Shown here: positions 52,731-64,000 of the stretch, piece by piece
Numbering within the stretch: the first letter of the stretch is position 1
Layout of the letters: every line of letters begins with the position of its first letter
Origin: Azolla caroliniana
Taxonomy: Eukaryota; Plantae; Polypodiophyta
Direction: 5' to 3'
Assembly (NCBI GenBank): GCA_043228905.1
Contig: JBHGNT010000016.1
Location: forward strand, 6,758,001-6,822,000
DNA: 64,000 bases
Notes under the pieces: generated by a model
What the model was told of the DNA's origin: nothing
Database searches by the model: none
The model's input: the letters and a program-made list of their open reading frames with translations, nothing else
Translations under genes and position numbers: made by a program

Positions 52731-55409
52731 ATGTCAAAACCATGTTCACTTCACATGAGAAGACCCTTCTCTGGCCTCCAAAATGCAGAACATGCTCTGG
52801 TCAGTGCCAGTGGAGAGTGTTCATGGAAGCTTATACAAGGAAAAGAAGAAGAAGAAGAGGAGGAGGAGGAGGAGGATAAAGAAGCACCCATCAGAGTAAG
52901 TGCATCTTCTTACTCTAAAATACTCAAGAAATGTTGTGATTCATTGATAGATGGAAGAATTATACATGATCACATCATAAGGCATGGGTTTGATAAGAAC
53001 ATATATGTGGTCAATTGTCTTGGTTACTTTTACGGTAATTTTGGAGCTCTTAGGGAAGCTTACTGGTTGTTTCGAGATATATTTGGCCATGGTCGGGATG
53101 TGTTTTCATGGAATTTCTTGATAAGAGCGTATGCAAAAGATGGCCGATTAAATGATGCATTCGAATTTTTCCAACAAATGCACGTTGAAGATGTCCTTCC
53201 GGACAAATTCTCCTTCATTTGTCTTCTTTCTTCATGTGATTACAGAGATCAAGGCATGCCATTACATTCTTGCATCATTGAGCATGCTCTGGAAACACAA
53301 AACCTCATTGGAAATACGCTTATTAGCTTCTATGGGAAGTGTGGTAGGTTGGAAGAAGCACACAGTAGTTTCGAAATGATGTCAACACAAAGAGATATTG
53401 TCTCATGGAATTCAATCATTTCGGCATATGCACAATACGGGGAAATAAACAAGGCATTCTCTGTGTTTGAACAAATGTCGTCTGTGGGGATGAAACCCGA
53501 CAAAGTCACCTTTATTACTCTTCTTTCGGTGTCGGCCGACAAGTCATCCCTTGATGAAGGCCGATATATTCACATGTATGTCATGGATAGTGGGTTTTCC
53601 TTGGAAAGAACAATTGAAAATGCTCTTGTAAATATGTATGGTAAATGTGGTATTTTGATAGATGCAAGAAACATGTTCGAATTGATGGATCAAAAGGATA
53701 TTGTCTCGTGGAATGCTATCATTACCGCATATGTATATAATGAAGAGGGCAGTGAGGCTCTACAGCTCTACAGTTCCTTGTTGCTCAAAGGATGGATACC
53801 CAACAAAATTACACTAATGAGCATTCTTGATGCTTGTGCTTCTGAGGGGTTCTCAATGGAAGGCCGGAGAGTGCACACATGCATTTTATGCTCTGTGTTT
53901 GTCTCAGATATTGTACTAGGGACGGCGATTGTTCATATGTATGGATCATGTAAAGCTTCACAGGACAATGCAAGAATTGCTTTCGACCAAATGCCTGAGA
54001 GAAATCTCTTCTCTTGGAATACAATAATTGCAATGTATACCCACTGTGGTGAAGGGATCAAAGCTTTTTTCATGTATAAAAGAATGCAATGTGAAAGTAT
54101 ACTGCCTAATCATGTCACCTTTGTTACTGTCATTTCCGCATGTGCTGATCTAGCATTGAACACCCTCTTTCATGGAAAGTGTATTCATTGTCTCATCATT
54201 TCAGCTGGTTCCTCAGCAGATGTGGTCATAGCCACATCATTGCTACACATGTATGGTAAGCATGGGTGCTTGAAAGAGGCATATAAACTTTTTGAGTGTG
54301 TGATGATGCCAAATTTAATCTCGTGGAATGCGATAATGGCGGCATATGCCCATAATGGACATGCAATGAACGTCCACAATCTTATGAACCGAATGAAACA
54401 AGAAGGACTAGTCCCAGATAAAGCCAGCTTTCTTATCATTCTTTGTGCATATGCTAGGCAAGAAACGTTACCAATGGGAAAGCAGACACATGCTTGCCTT
54501 GTTCAAAGCATGTATGAAACTGATATTTCAGTTGCAAACGCCCTTGTAAACATGTATGGAGAGTGCCATGCATGGGTGGATGCATCAAATGTGTTTGAAT
54601 GTATGCCTCAAGGCAATGTATTCTCATGGAATGCGTTAATAGGCGCCTATGTGAAAGGTGACCAATCGAAGCTTGCATTGCAAATCTTTCACAATATGCA
54701 ACATGAAGGTGTACTGCCAGATGAAGTGACATTCATATGTGTATTGGATGCGTGCTTGGTGGAGATGGCAATGGAGAAAAGCAAGCAATTTTATTTGTGT
54801 TTTATAGAGAGTGGATTAAAACTAGAGGTGGCATTGGCATCTTCCTTCATAAGTGTATATGGAAAATGTGGTAGGTTGCGAGATGCACAAAGGGTATTTG
54901 ATGAAAGTCCGAAGCATAAAGTGGATACATGGAACTCTATGATATCAGTGTATGCCCAAAGTGGTGAGGGAAAGGAAGCCCTTCATATGCTGTCTTTAAT
55001 GGACAAGGAAGGGGTTGCCCCAAATGAAGTCACTTTTGTCAGTGTTCTAACTGGGTGTAGCCATGGAGGTCTAGTCCTTGAAGGTTTCTTATGTTTCGGT
55101 TCTATGACCCAAGACCATAGGATTAAACCTAAGATGGAGCATTATAATTGTTTGATTGACATGCTTGGTAGAGTAGGAAGGCTAGATGAGGCAGATTATC
55201 TCATCAGGAAAATAGTACCTTTTCCACCCACATCCACACCTCTCTTAAGTTTGCTTGCATCATGTAGGCATCATCAAGTTGATGTAGTCCTTGGGGAATA
55301 TATTTCAAACCTTGCATTAATGGTGGATCCTCAGGATTGCACACCTTATATAATGTTGTGGAATATTTATGCAACAGCTTGCAATCTTGGGGATGGAGAA
55401 TCAGGCTAA
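52731..55409 (+). CDS. PLS-class pentatricopeptide repeat protein with E domain and no DYW (putative organellar RNA-editing specificity factor)
   Basis: Intronless 892-aa ORF with repeated NALVNMYGKCG / DIVSWNAII / PDKVTF motifs, ending in HYNCLIDMLGRVGRLDEA...LLASCRHH...PYIMLWNIYA. Confidence 0.96.
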   Translation: MSKPCSLHMRRPFSGLQNAEHALVSASGECSWKLIQGKEEEEEEEEEEDKEAPIRVSASSYSKILKKCCDSLIDGRIIHDHIIRHGFDKNIYVVNCLGYFYGNFGALREAYWLFRDIFGHGRDVFSWNFLIRAYAKDGRLNDAFEFFQQMHVEDVLPDKFSFICLLSSCDYRDQGMPLHSCIIEHALETQNLIGNTLISFYGKCGRLEEAHSSFEMMSTQRDIVSWNSIISAYAQYGEINKAFSVFEQMSSVGMKPDKVTFITLLSVSADKSSLDEGRYIHMYVMDSGFSLERTIENALVNMYGKCGILIDARNMFELMDQKDIVSWNAIITAYVYNEEGSEALQLYSSLLLKGWIPNKITLMSILDACASEGFSMEGRRVHTCILCSVFVSDIVLGTAIVHMYGSCKASQDNARIAFDQMPERNLFSWNTIIAMYTHCGEGIKAFFMYKRMQCESILPNHVTFVTVISACADLALNTLFHGKCIHCLIISAGSSADVVIATSLLHMYGKHGCLKEAYKLFECVMMPNLISWNAIMAAYAHNGHAMNVHNLMNRMKQEGLVPDKASFLIILCAYARQETLPMGKQTHACLVQSMYETDISVANALVNMYGECHAWVDASNVFECMPQGNVFSWNALIGAYVKGDQSKLALQIFHNMQHEGVLPDEVTFICVLDACLVEMAMEKSKQFYLCFIESGLKLEVALASSFISVYGKCGRLRDAQRVFDESPKHKVDTWNSMISVYAQSGEGKEALHMLSLMDKEGVAPNEVTFVSVLTGCSHGGLVLEGFLCFGSMTQDHRIKPKMEHYNCLIDMLGRVGRLDEADYLIRKIVPFPPTSTPLLSLLASCRHHQVDVVLGEYISNLALMVDPQDCTPYIMLWNIYATACNLGDGESG

Positions 55410-58400
55410 TCAGCTTGTAGGATTCTGGAGGATGGTGAACTATGTGTGGACGAGGGGGAAGGCCGACAAAACTCTAAGGGGAGGCTTTGCCCTTGTGGTA
55501 CTGATGTGCAAATCATTTGACATATTTGGAAGTACACATGGGCATGCAAATCTAGAGGAAAACTTTGTGGAGGTTCTTATTGAATTCTGGTCGCAAAACG
55601 GGGTTAGCAATTTGTTAGTTTTTTCCAATGATAAGTGGTGAACACAAAAGGATGCAATCATCACTATTAGTAATTGAACTTTATTATTGAATACCATGTT
55701 TATTATCCATACTTAATCATAGGGATCTTCTTAAGAGCCTACTAAATGGCTATGCTTATATACACGGAGCCTCATTTTGATGAAAATGCACTTGTACATC
55801 ATTGGTTTTCATACATTTACTTACAATACCTCGACGAGGTGAAATGTCATCATTTGCACATAGAGATGTCTTGCAGGTATAAGAGGGGTAATTATAGGTA
55901 CAGTGATTCATGATCATGATACGAAGTTCACAAGTGATATTTGGACAAACATTTTTACAAGCCTGAAATCCACCTTAAGTTTTGGTACAACTAATCATCC
56001 TTAGATGGATGGGTAGTCCTTATCTAGATCGGTGCCCATTCCTTGTACACTTAAAATAAGTTCAAGAGCATTCTTTCACATTGTGGGTGCACAAATCTAC
56101 ACACAATGGAGTAATTATTCCCTTGCAGTTAGATTTTAACATTTCGATAATAAAAAATCTTTGACATGTAAAGATTTTCTCACTCGTATGTAAAATCTAT
56201 TGCAACATAGAGAAAGCCAAATATCACAATGATTTGATCTATTGCAGTAATAACTTTTAAATGTTTTTGTTGACGTGTAGGTTTTCTTATGGTGGTTCCC
56301 CTATGACCTCATTGAAATATGTCAAAAGCTAATGGACCAAGCAGCTACACTGATTTGTGCTTTGATTAATTGTAAAGCAAGAGAAAGAAGTAACCTCAAA
56401 TTATTGCAAGAGCACAATAGCATTTAGTACCAAATATTCGGCCCCTCCAATGAATTTGTGGGATAAGAAAATGTCTTCATTCATGAGTATTGGTGTCTTG
56501 GTTATCATGATTCATGACGGTACTCCATGCTCATGCAAATCACATCCCAAAAAAGTGAGGGCTTCATTTAGGGGATATGTTTTCATGATAAATTAGTTTT
56601 GGCTTAAGTTATTATTACTCATTGCATGCATACACCTTTGTATTGTTCTCATGTGCACAAATTCCAACACTAAGTGGTTATAATGTGAATATAATTTCGT
56701 GTCAATCAATGCTCATTGGAGGCATATTTGTAACTCGTACCCCTTATGATAGACAAACACAACAACAAAATATGATATATGGATTTGCTCATTAACATCA
56801 ATCATTTTACAAATTCACCACGTGATTAGAGAAGGAGAAGGAATTATGTAAAAACTAGAAATGATAGAAGGGGTTAAAGGATCAACCAATAATCTATAGA
56901 AAATAGCTATAAAACATCATACGACATTCATGAGCAAATATTTATTAAACAAAGAGAGACGATTGATTTGACAAAAATTGAGCAAAATGACTTTACATGC
57001 AACAAGCTATAACTATTGACTACCCACCAACATCATGTGACCTTCATAAACAATGATTACTACGATGAAGATATTGAGAAAGAATAATGTGAGTTTCATT
57101 GAAAAAGATTGCCCTAGCAACCTGGCACATGAAGTGGCCATTAAGTTGTAAGAAAGATAGGACCAGCGTGTTTATGTAGACATATATTAAATGTTTGTGT
57201 GGAAGTCATTGGCTCTGCCTTGTCTTATCTCAAAATATAATTGTGAAGGACTAACACTGCTAGGTCATAACCTAGGCTTAAGAATTCCAACTTATGCTCA
57301 CATTCATTGGTAGAATATAAATTAGTCATATCAATGAAGGATGATTTGTAATTGGCGCTATATAGCATGAAACAACAACTCAGATAAGTGTCAAAGCAAA
57401 AGAACGACATGCATAATTAGAAGTAAAATTCTCTTGTAAGAGTCCCTTAGCAAATAACACATGGATTCAGAAAATTGAAATGTCATATTCAAGAATTATG
57501 AATCCATGGATAGGCAACAAACTTGTGCGAGATAATAAAAAATATGTACACAATAAATTTGCATATACTTGTTTACGAAATCAATTAGTTGTCTTCTATT
57601 CATCAAAATATGAAATTGTTTGGCTACAAGTGTTTTCGAAATAGTGATATTTGAACCAAACCTTCTAAGATGATGCTTTTGTCATCTTTAGTTAGAACTT
57701 ATATGGAAGAATGTTGGCAATCTAAGACATTGAATGAGTTGTATGTTTATATTGTGTGCATGACGTATTAAGTTCTAGTAAACCAAAATATTAGAGTATT
57801 ACCTCTCGATCCATAAATTGCTCTTCAAATATTGACAAGATCGTATATTTCAATAGACATCATTGGCATGTAAATTGGAATTGTTTATTTATAATATATA
57901 TAGTGAACGACTAATTATAGAACCCTTTTGGGAAACAAATATACGAGCCCATTGTCATAGAGTACACCTACAATATTTAATATTCAATATGCCCCAGTAT
58001 GTGATAATCGATGATAATGGTGATGTGTCCCACCTTATCAAAAGAACGTATAACATGTTCTAGTTTTCCATGTATGTTGATTGTGGCTAAGCAGACGTCC
58101 CATTGCATTCAAGTTTGAGATTGTCCTATTTGTGAGAAATATATAGTATGTATTTCAAAAGCTTCACACTCATTGATTGAGTTTAAAAGAGCAACAAGTT
58201 TTTGCACCAACATAGTGTTGCTCATCTTAGAAGGGTAGGCCCCACGTCACATAATAACAAATAATGTTTGAATTTCGTGGCATTTCGATGGTGAGAACCG
58301 CCCCTTGTACAAATTCCTTTCCAATAATGCAATTGTTTAAAACAAACAACATTCACTTATGAGAAGAATGCAAATGTAGAATAGGACTATAATCAACTTC

Positions 58401-59249
58401 TGTATATATAAATATTTCTAGATATGGACAAAAATAATTTCGATTGCTAGAGATAACAAGAAATGGAGCTAACAAAAGCTACATATCTCATCATAAAAAG
58501 TGTGTATATGATTGGGCGTTGCAATATATTACATCATTCGTGACATGCTAGATAATGCGCTTTATGAGTTTCTTGGTGTCACCACGCGTCCGATTCTCAT
58601 TCACAGGTTACGTCACTCGTGACCTAGGTTGTATTTGATTTCTTACCTCGATGAATATATGAGCTTCAAGTTGATGATATGAAGTAGAATGCAAATCCGA
58701 ACGGTAAATGATTTTTGCAATTGTAGTAGCTTTATGTAAAGACAAAGTCAATGGTTCTTTCCATCTTTTAAGAGATAAAAGACAATGTGTGCATTGGGTA
58801 TGTTCCTTATCCAATGAGAAAAAATATATGTTTGACTTTAACCTTACATGTGTAGACAACTTGGTCTAACCAGGAAATTAGGTTCTCCATAAATGTATCT
58901 TCCATAACCATTGGAAAACTTATTGTTATTATTATCATGCTTATATAGAATTGTTGGCTCGTTTCCATTTTTTTTGGTCAAACATTTTACCCTCAACCCG
59001 TACTAGTTGTCATCACTTATAGGATGCATCGTGAACTCTATTATTCTTTATGACCAATGACAACATAACACCAATCTACCCTTAACGTTCTACAACCATT
59101 AAATTGTCACCACCTCCACATTTCCTTAAACCTCCTTCTATCAAAACATGTTTAATGCTCAAAATCCACGAGTACCTAACGCCCTTATCCTCTTGCATTC
59201 CAATACTACCGCATCAACATTGTGGTCCTTTTCATTACCTCATAAGGCT

Positions 59250-60620
59250 CCATTAATGAGCTACTGATATCACATTTGGTTTAAATTCCTCAAAGCAACA
59301 TGGTAGCCAATAAAATATCAACATCAATTGCCCTCCCTCCCCCCTTTTTTGTGAGATTGTAGAAGCCATACCTACCAACACACTTTTCTTTAGGCACTTG
59401 GTCACTACAAATGTTAACATCGCATTAGACCTCGTTCCACAAAGCATTTCACCCTCCAACACATTGGCTACCACTCCCGTTTTTGCGACCAATGAGTTAC
59501 TTTCATGTTTGCACCACATAACATTGAGCATAGGTGTAAAACCTAGTGACAACATGTTAGCTCTGCACCAAACTTTTTTCGAAAAGGCAATGTTTTTTTT
59601 TTTTTTCCTGGAAAAATATCCTTTCATTAGTTATGAACAATTATTATAATAAAAACTGACCTCCCATCAAGCTACCATTGATCTGGTGCATTCTTCCTTA
59701 GGTCCCATCCCTCAAGGATAAATAGTATGAACACTCCACCACTCCTTAACCAAGTTATGTGATTGGTGGTGCTAAGCACCATTTAGGTCTTGAATTTTGT
59801 ACTGTGAGAAAAGGGGCCTTCTTCCAATAGGCAATAAATTCGAGACGTTGCAACACTGCAACATCTGTCTCACCTTTAATATCCTCATACCGCCCTTTCA
59901 AGGTATGTACCATCTCCATCCAGACATTCCGTACACTTTCCACGAGATGAACAGTAGTATTACCAAACACCTTAGAACACCTAGGCGTCCAAATAAACCA
60001 CATTGTGGTGGTGCATAGTAGCTCCCATACTTCTGGCATTGTCTTTACCATGTAAGGAGCCTCCATTTGACTTCGTTGCACCACCATTATCATTCCTCTT
60101 TGAATTCTAATAATCGTGTCATTTGGGCATGCCTCATATGGCCACATCACTTGTGCCATTGTAGCCCATACTACCATACCCCACAAAAAATTGCAATCCC
60201 TAAACATACAGGCAAGAACTTGGAACACTCGTCTCCAAACTTGCTGTGCAACATGACATTCCCACAAGCAATGTTTCAATGTCTCCATTTGACAACTACA
60301 ATAGATGCATGCGGTCGGTGCAGCTGATTGTTGCAACCATTGGCCAATTGGTAATGCTCTATGTATTACTAGCCATTGGAAGACATTTATTTTCGAAAAG
60401 GCAATGTATTATAACCCTTTGACACCACATCAATCATTCCTACGTTGTTCTTCCTTTATATATGTCTATTAACATGGCCTCCTCTTGGATCAACAATTGT
60501 CATTGCATTTTTTTGCAACCATTCAATGACTGCCATACCAAACATCTAGCCTCTTTACGGAAATCTGTTACCACAATGTAAGCATCACCCTCAATATGGA
60601 AATCTAAGCACAACTCTGTC
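59250..60620 (-). mobile_element. Older retroelement remnant (RNase H-like) interrupted by the LINE at 59594-60389
   Basis: Minus-strand LDFHIEGDAYIVV near 60570-60610 resembles the RNase H EGD motif; degenerate. Confidence 0.4.
59594..60389 (-). mobile_element. 5'-truncated L1-type LINE with poly(A) and 18-bp TSD
   Basis: zf-RVT CIYCSCQMETLKHCLWEC; poly(T) 59593-59606; perfect direct repeat TTTTCGAAAAGGCAATGT at 59576-59593 and 60390-60407. Confidence 0.93.
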
Positions 60621-60817
60621 ACATATCAACGGATGGATTCAATTGGCGGAAAAGGACTATGCACATACATATATACATGTGTTATGTACTTCAATGCGTT
60701 TCCTTCTTGTGCCACGGGGTTGGAGTGTGGGTTTTCGTCATATGGACAGTTGAAGATCTTTCACAAGGATGGCCAAGTCAAGTAATGTGTGTTTGAGGGC
60801 CCGGAAAAAAGAAGGCC

Positions 60818-60875
60818 ACATACATTACATACATTACATACATACATACATACATTACATACATACATACATACA

Positions 60876-60906
<31 letters not shown>

Positions 60907-61118
60907 CATACATACATACATACATACATACATACATACATACATACATACATACATACATGCACGCACATACATACACATACATACACATACATACATA
61001 CATACATACATACATACATACATACATGCACACACATACATACACATACATACATACATACATACATACATACATACATACATACATACATACATACATA
61101 CATACATACATACATGCA

Positions 61119-61160
<42 letters not shown>

Positions 61161-61172
61161 TACATACATACA
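60818..61172. repeat. Long (TACA)n/(CA)n microsatellite upstream of CLC
   Basis: Directly visible. Confidence 0.97.
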
Positions 61173-61320
61173 TAACCCTTGGGCTACATGTGAACCTTGC
61201 CTTACCCAAATCTCTCTCCCTCTCTCTCTCTCTCTCTTCTGAATCTTTTCTTTCTCTTTCAATCCTTCACACATAATGTACATATTTTGTGTCTTTGTTT
61301 TTTTTCTTCTTCCTCCTTGA

Positions 61321-61452
61321 ATGGAGCTGGTAGACAACAGGATTTCCGAACATACACTCAGTTTACTCTCCATTTCCCACCCTTCTGAACCTATCCCTTC
61401 TCAGAGCTGCTCATCTATGGCCCCTGAAGCCCTCCGTGCTTCCTTGCTGTGA
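61321..61452 (+). promoter_or_regulatory. Upstream ORF (43 codons, internal ATG at 61417) whose stop overlaps the CLC start
   Basis: ATG 61321 ... CTG TGA(61450-61452)TG GAC; the A of TGA is the A of the CLC ATG. Confidence 0.55.
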
Positions 61453-63956
61453 TGGACGGAGATTCGAACCTCCTAGAAACACAATCAAACCATAGCGATG
61501 ACTACTACACAGAGAAGACTTTGCCTCTTCTTCTCTCTTCTTCTTCTAAGAGCATCGAACAGATCAATCTGAGCAGAGCGAGCTCTCAGATTGCTATCAT
61601 TGGTGCTAAATATGCTCATGTTGAGAGCCTTGATTATGAGTACGTAAAGAAAGAAGAATGAAACTTATGCTTAGAAAAGCCCAAGTTCCTGATACTATGA
61701 TTTTGTCCTTGTGTAATTAGAAATAGTAACAGTGGTTTATTGTTATCATCATAGCAGTATGTTTTTTTAGTTTCTTCTTCTCATTTCTCAGTAAAACTAT
61801 TTGGGATAATTTCCTTTCCTCATTAAACTGATTTAGATAAATTTCTTTCTCTCCTTACAAATAGGTATTTTTATTTGTTCATTGAAAAATGTTTGGGGTA
61901 AATTTGTTTTGTCATGAAAATTGTAAAGAAGAAGAAGAAACCATGGATCCATTGAAGAAAATGCAGAAAAAATGAAATAGAAGCAAAAGAAACGAAGAAA
62001 AAGTAATGGAACAGAAGAAGAATTGAAAAAGAAAATTAAAAACAAATATAAAATGAGTTCATCTCATAACAAATTGGGTATTTATTTATACATTTTCTCA
62101 TTATCAGTTTTCTAGTAATCAAATTTCTCATAACGTATATGCATTTTCTTTTTCCTTGTTTTTCGTTTTCAGAATAGTGGCAAATGATATTTTCAAACAA
62201 GACTGGAGATCACAGACGAGAGGCGGGATCTTACAATACATCATTTTGAAATGGACATTAGCATGCTTGGTGGGATTGCTGACCGGAATTACAGGATTCT
62301 CTATCAATCTTGCCGTTGAAAACATTGCAGGATTCAAGCTCTCGAAAGTGGATCAATTCATCCAAGATAACAGGTGGTGTCTTCTGTCTTTTATCTTCAT
62401 TCATCACGTGTTTAAGCATGTTTCAAATGGTAAATATATATCAAAACCAAGAATTATATGCAAGAAACAATGTGCATCATGATCTATCATGCATTGAGCA
62501 TATTTGAATTGGTAAACTTATATCACAAGAGCTATGTGCATCTCCATCTAAGTGTTTGAGCGTGATTCAAATGTTAAATCTACATAAAAAAAGAACCATC
62601 CAATGGTTCTATAGTCAATCTGTACCTATTATCCCATCCTCACACCAGGAGGCAATCTAGAACGGAAGGCTACATTAATGGGGTTTAATTTATGCTAGAG
62701 TAGCCCAATAAGCTGTTGGATATATGTGTTAATCTCAATACCTATAGTTTGGGATACATGGTTAGATGGAGATTAAGATTCTAATCTTCTATATGTTTTT
62801 ATTAATTGTAGTCAATTGCATACTCATAAGAAAGCGATCTGAATGTCAGTTGTATGTTTGGGATTGAAACACTGCATATTTTTTAACGTAATGCAAAATG
62901 TGACCTAATACCTCAGATCAGTCTTGAGGTTAGATGGCATATAAGGATGCTTTATTAAAGTTATTACAAAAAAGCAAAAAACATTATGTGAGATAAGGAA
63001 AAAGAAGAAGACAAAACCTTGATTTTCAGGATAGGGTTGGCCTTTTCTATCTTAGTTGGAAGCAACCTTATATTGGTGTTGTCATCAGCGCTCTTGTGTG
63101 CATATATTGGTCCTGCTGCTGCTGGATCTGGAATTCCTGAAGTGAAAGCTTACCTGAATGGCATTGATGCACCCAACATATTGGCTCTAAATACCCTTAT
63201 TGTCAAGGTATTCCTTACCATTTCGTCTTACCTACATTCGAGAATTGGAGTTCTTCTGTTTTGCACTAGTTCATTTGTAATGTTCTGTAACCATGTAATT
63301 ATATGGTAGTTACATCTAGATAAGAGAAAAAATCTTGGAATTGATACAAAGACCAATGGAAAAACTCTGGAATCCTTGATTTTTTTCTCTTTGTTTTCCC
63401 AGATTCTCCCTGACGTTTTCATGATTTCTAGAAATGTCGATGGTCAACCCCTGAAAGGGAGAAAACGTCAGTTCAAGTAGCACATATAATCAAGAAACAA
63501 AGGATGACGTGACAAAATATTTGCTGCAAATAGCACATTTATAATTACTCTTTCAGGGGTGGAAGCAGTAGTGATTGGGGAAATAATGGAAATACTGGGG
63601 GGCCTTTTTAGGGAACCTATTTCGGAGCTTTTTAGGGAAACTATTTTGGACTTTCTCCAACTCCAAAAAACGTGAATGGTCGATATCATGCAGGTGCTCG
63701 GGAGCATTGGTTCTGTGGCAGGTGGTTTGTATGTTGGAAAGGAAGGACCATTGGTTCACACTGGGGCATGTATCGCGGCATTGTTGTCCCAAGGTGGCTC
63801 TAAACGCTACTATGTGACATGGAGATGGCTACGCTACTTCAAAAATGATAGAGATAGACGTGATTTGGTCACATGTGGAGCTGCTGCTGGAGTTGCTGCT
63901 GCTTTTAGAGCACCTGTGGGTGGTGTTTTGTTTGCGTTAGAGGAAGTGGCTTCATG
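61452..63956 (+). CDS. CLC: CLC anion/H+ transporter (CLC-c/g-like), 5' part; exons 61452-61639, 62173-62373, 63030-63207, 63694-63956, continuing past the window
   Basis: SQIAIIGA..VESLDYEI..NDIFKQDWR, GSGIPEVKAYLNG, GKEGPLVH, FKNDRDRRDLVTCG, AFRAPVGGVLFALEEVASW. Ser in GSGIP suggests chloride preference; gating and proton glutamates are present. Confidence 0.96.
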
Positions 63957-64000
63957 GTAACGTAGAATTTCACATGTTTTATTTGCATCAGTAAAAGTGG

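Overview
AT-rich nuclear DNA from a land plant, with spliceosomal introns, abundant (TATG)n/(GT)n microsatellites and LINE/hAT debris. A fern-like origin is inferred from the Cys-rich PLS-PPR gene and overall style and is not proven. Nine protein genes were reconstructed by hand from GT-AG junctions: an EPFL signalling peptide, an orphan tail-anchored protein ending in TM+LPPT (plant KASH signature), a CBM20 protein, RPS15A, a conserved uncharacterised protein, a C2orf69/UPF0565 homolog, a mitochondrial calcium uniporter, a PLS-E PPR protein and the 5' part of a CLC transporter. Structure that the ORF track misses: (i) a minus-strand snoRNA cluster under a telo-box/site-II/TATA promoter, with SNORD2/snR39b-like and SNORD46/snR63-like C/D RNAs and a possible H/ACA RNA; (ii) a long-TIR Pack-type element carrying a cold-shock-domain pseudogene next to the C2orf69 start; (iii) a uORF whose stop overlaps the CLC start (TGATG); (iv) 5'-truncated LINEs with clear TSDs. 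All calls come from reading the sequence and from recalled family motifs; no searches were run.
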